Positions 61,206 to 64,000 of a stretch of 64,000 nt of DNA are shown here, piece after piece. This DNA comes from Balanoglossus misakiensis (Eukaryota > Animalia > Hemichordata): contig CM082588.2 in assembly GCA_040954595.2 (NCBI GenBank), forward strand, positions 9,842,844 through 9,906,843, read 5' to 3'. The number at the start of each line of letters is the position of its first letter. Position 1 is the stretch's first letter. The position numbers were made by a program, and so were the translations under genes. The notes beneath the pieces are model-generated. The model worked only from the letters and a program-made list of their open reading frames with translations. It was not told the origin of the DNA and made no database searches.

Positions 61206-63653
61206 ATGTTAATGAGGGAAAGTACTTCAAACCATGTAGCCGTTAGAGTGGGCCCCGCTGAAGGGTCGCGAATAGGCCATTTTTTTATGCGACATTATAG
61301 AGCTGATTTCAGGCGAGGAGGACTGTGTACAAAATTGAGTATAGACAACTCAGGTTTTAAAGGATTTTCATCATTTCCACTGTGTCAACGTCACTACATC
61401 CTTGCTATGAGAACAAGCCATCCCTTGTGTACTTCGTGCTTATCACGGGCAAATAATTTGTTTAAAATCTCTGATTTTGATATGGTGCAAACATTTCACC
61501 AACAAACTAACACACCTTTTGCCCTTACTCAAGACAGCCTGATTTGTTTGAAATGTTATAAAACATTTGTTGCTTTAGCGGAAAAAGCCAGGTGTAGTAT
61601 TCAACAAGGCCTAATTATGTCGAGTGATATAGCACTTGCTGAAGAAATCAAAAAATATGTCACAATGCTACAAAAAGGCTGCAGCTGTGACACCGACTTG
61701 GTGAATTTTGCATGCTGGAAAACTGTTGTCTTTTAAGGAGAAGTGCTCCTCAGAAAACACGCCATTCTATTGTTTGACGTCAGGCAATATTTCAATGATT
61801 GTTTAGACAATGAATATCAGACTTTGCGACCCAAGGTCAAGTTACAACGAGTGGAATTCCACAGAAAACCTTATAGCTGGCTTATTCAGGAATTGCTATG
61901 TGTGTATTATCCAATTCACCTTTCTGTTGTATCAAAAGTGAGTAGAAAGTTCTCCACCTTTTTGTACCGAACGGGTTCAGATCTCACTATTGCCCTCCAA
62001 AATGCACTTGTCGAACATCCCCAGTATGTTGTACAAGCTGAGAAACAGATAGAGAGGCTTGAAAAGCAAGTAAGAGACTTGAGTAAAGTTGACGTTGACT
62101 TTTTCAAAATGCTTGATTTGGTGGCTGTGAAATGAAATGCCAGCATTTATCAGCAATCTCAAGAATTCAGTAATTACTGCAAAACAAACACTGTTGATCT
62201 GAGTACACTTGATGTTGAATATATTGTCAGTGAGATTGACCCTGTGTTATGGAACACTGTTGTATATTTAACGTTGAACAACAGTGAACGCAGTAAATTA
62301 AAAAGCTCCAACTTTGAATGGAATAAACACTATTATAATATACCTCATGCTAATACTGTGCCGTGATTCGCCAGAATCCGTCACGTGATAGGAAAATAGA
62401 ATCGACTATGAACCGCTAGGGAAATAGCAGAAAAAATATAAACCGGTCACGTGACCAGCGTGAGTGTGCAGACTCGGTCACGTCAATCACGGTCACGTCG
62501 TCAGACACAATGGCCACTGCTGAAGATGTCGTCTGCCAACCTCAAGAGAAAATTGCAAGATTTTCCCAGCTGTTAGCATGAGGTTTATTATAAAACACCT
62601 ATAGCCTGGCCTATATTCGGGCCATAGCAGCCGTTTTTACCCCCTCGTGGCTGTGAGTTACCAGAATCATATGGCCAGGCAATAGGTGTTCACTATGGAT
62701 TTTATGACCGGCACTCTATGGAGAGTAGAGCACGATTCCTCAGGCGTTTGTTTTGTGTGTATGCTATTGTTCACTTGTTCTGATCATTGTACTTACCCAT
62801 TGCATACTTACCTGACTGACATTGTTGAAGGTTATAGTAGGTCATTTACTCTAGTGAAAATTCTAAATCGATTTGGTATTATTTGTTCTGGAGATACATT
62901 GCATAGATACATGTTGGGAGTTATCAACAAAAGAACATCAGCTGATTTCATAGAGGAAAATATTGCAAATAATGCATTTTGTATAACTTCCATTGACAAT
63001 ATTGATAAATCAACTAAATATGCAGCTGTTAGAGCTGATCCAAAGGATAGAGGTTTCCACGGTACCTCTTATCAAATGGTCCAACCAAAAGCAAAGTCAA
63101 TTTTGAACAGTGTTGATGATATTGTTTTTGGCAGTCATGGCAAACATTCAACTGTCAAAGATTTTCAGCTAATCAACATATATGGTGATGGAAGGTGCTT
63201 TTTCAGGAGCATCTCTGTGAGAAATGATTTTGCATTGCGAAATTGCGATCGTCTACCTAATGGACTCCCTTCTGACCCAATTTTAGCTGACCGAGAGAAA
63301 ATATTCGCAGACAAGTTAAGAGCAGATACAGTAGACATAATGTGTGCCAATCATATATACTTTGAAGGACTGGATGATGCACAACTTGATGTCTTGTTAG
63401 ACGGCACTCGTTATATGGACATTTTGCACAGAACACAATGTATGGAAAAGGCAGATGAATATGCTGGTATGCCAGAAATGTTATCTGTAGTGTATGTTGC
63501 AAAATGTCCATTACATATATATACACCAAGCAGAATGATATATTTGGAAGAGGAGAAACATTTGGTGATGTGTTCTCCAAGACTGAGCCTGTCTGTCTCT
63601 TGTACACACCAGACAGGCCAGGTCAATCAGGCCATTATGATTTGCTTCTTAAG
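61206..63653 (+). pseudogene. Decayed Academ-like transposase (N-terminal part) with an inserted OTU-like domain
   Basis: ORFs 61206-61736 and 61743-62135 and the segment 62136-62357 are one frame broken by two stops (IDPVLW...LT). After a 357-bp insertion it continues RRLFCV/CMLLF...PLH..LTD...ILNRFG...SIDNIDK...FHGTSYQMVQPK, then OTU motifs IYGDGRCFFRSIS, YAGMPEM, and GHYDLL (after a frameshift near 63525). Confidence 0.65.
62358..62714. mobile_element. 357-bp non-autonomous element inserted in the transposase ORF
   Basis: GTGCCG...CGGCAC termini, internal hairpin (AACACCTAT.GCCTGGCC...GGCCAGGC.ATAGGTGTT); removing it restores the frame. Confidence 0.7.
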
Positions 63654-64000
63654 GTAGTTGGAAAGGCTAGGGCGTCAGTTAAAATTTCATTTATAAACAC
63701 CGAATTTATAACTAGAAATATATTAGAGAAAAATTAAACTCATAAAAAATTCGGGGCAATAAACGTGTAACAAGATATGGCTGGTTTTATGATACCTAAT
63801 TTCATACATCTGGCAAGGAAGCTAGGGAGCCTTATTTGAGCGCCCTCTAGGGGAAGACTTCTCCTAGGCTATGCGCACAAGGACGGGTTCCCCTAGCCAA
63901 GGGCATTTAAATGTAACTTGCAAACACTGATTCTTGCAATTTTCAACGATAGATAACCTTGCTTGTTTATTAAAGGCTGCCAAATTATGGACATTTTTGC

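Noticed and set aside
62686-62750. N-terminus of the 323-aa ORF
   Set aside because: Derived from the inserted element and an out-of-frame stretch; real homology begins near CMLLF.

Overview
Eukaryotic, AT-rich, repeat-dense genomic window, probably from a marine invertebrate (inferred from the transposon families and spliced exons; the species cannot be determined). There is no intact host gene. Left to right: (1) 1-15.5 kb is a nested stack of transposons: the 3' part of an intact Ty3/Gypsy pol plus its 3' LTR, inserted into a Helitron/Helentron Rep ORF that is cut off at its helicase and joined to the 5' half (gag) of a DIRS-type element, which itself interrupts a spliced, decayed Academ-like (AcademHP-type) transposase with two inserted PHD fingers. 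(2) 15.5-39.4 kb is a ~24 kb satellite of ~131-bp monomers with several higher-order periods; it has captured a ~478-bp Gypsy aspartic-protease fragment and amplified it to 11 copies. (3) 39.5-45 kb holds nested MITEs and a ~2.9 kb foldback with ~1 kb arms. (4) 45.6-52.8 kb is a 1567-bp tandem macro-repeat built from TE fragments. (5) 55-60.5 kb holds orphan pseudo-exons (MED25-like, then calcium-binding EGF). (6) 61.2-63.7 kb is a second decayed Academ-like transposase carrying an inserted OTU-like protease domain. All family assignments come from motif recognition by eye; no database search was run.
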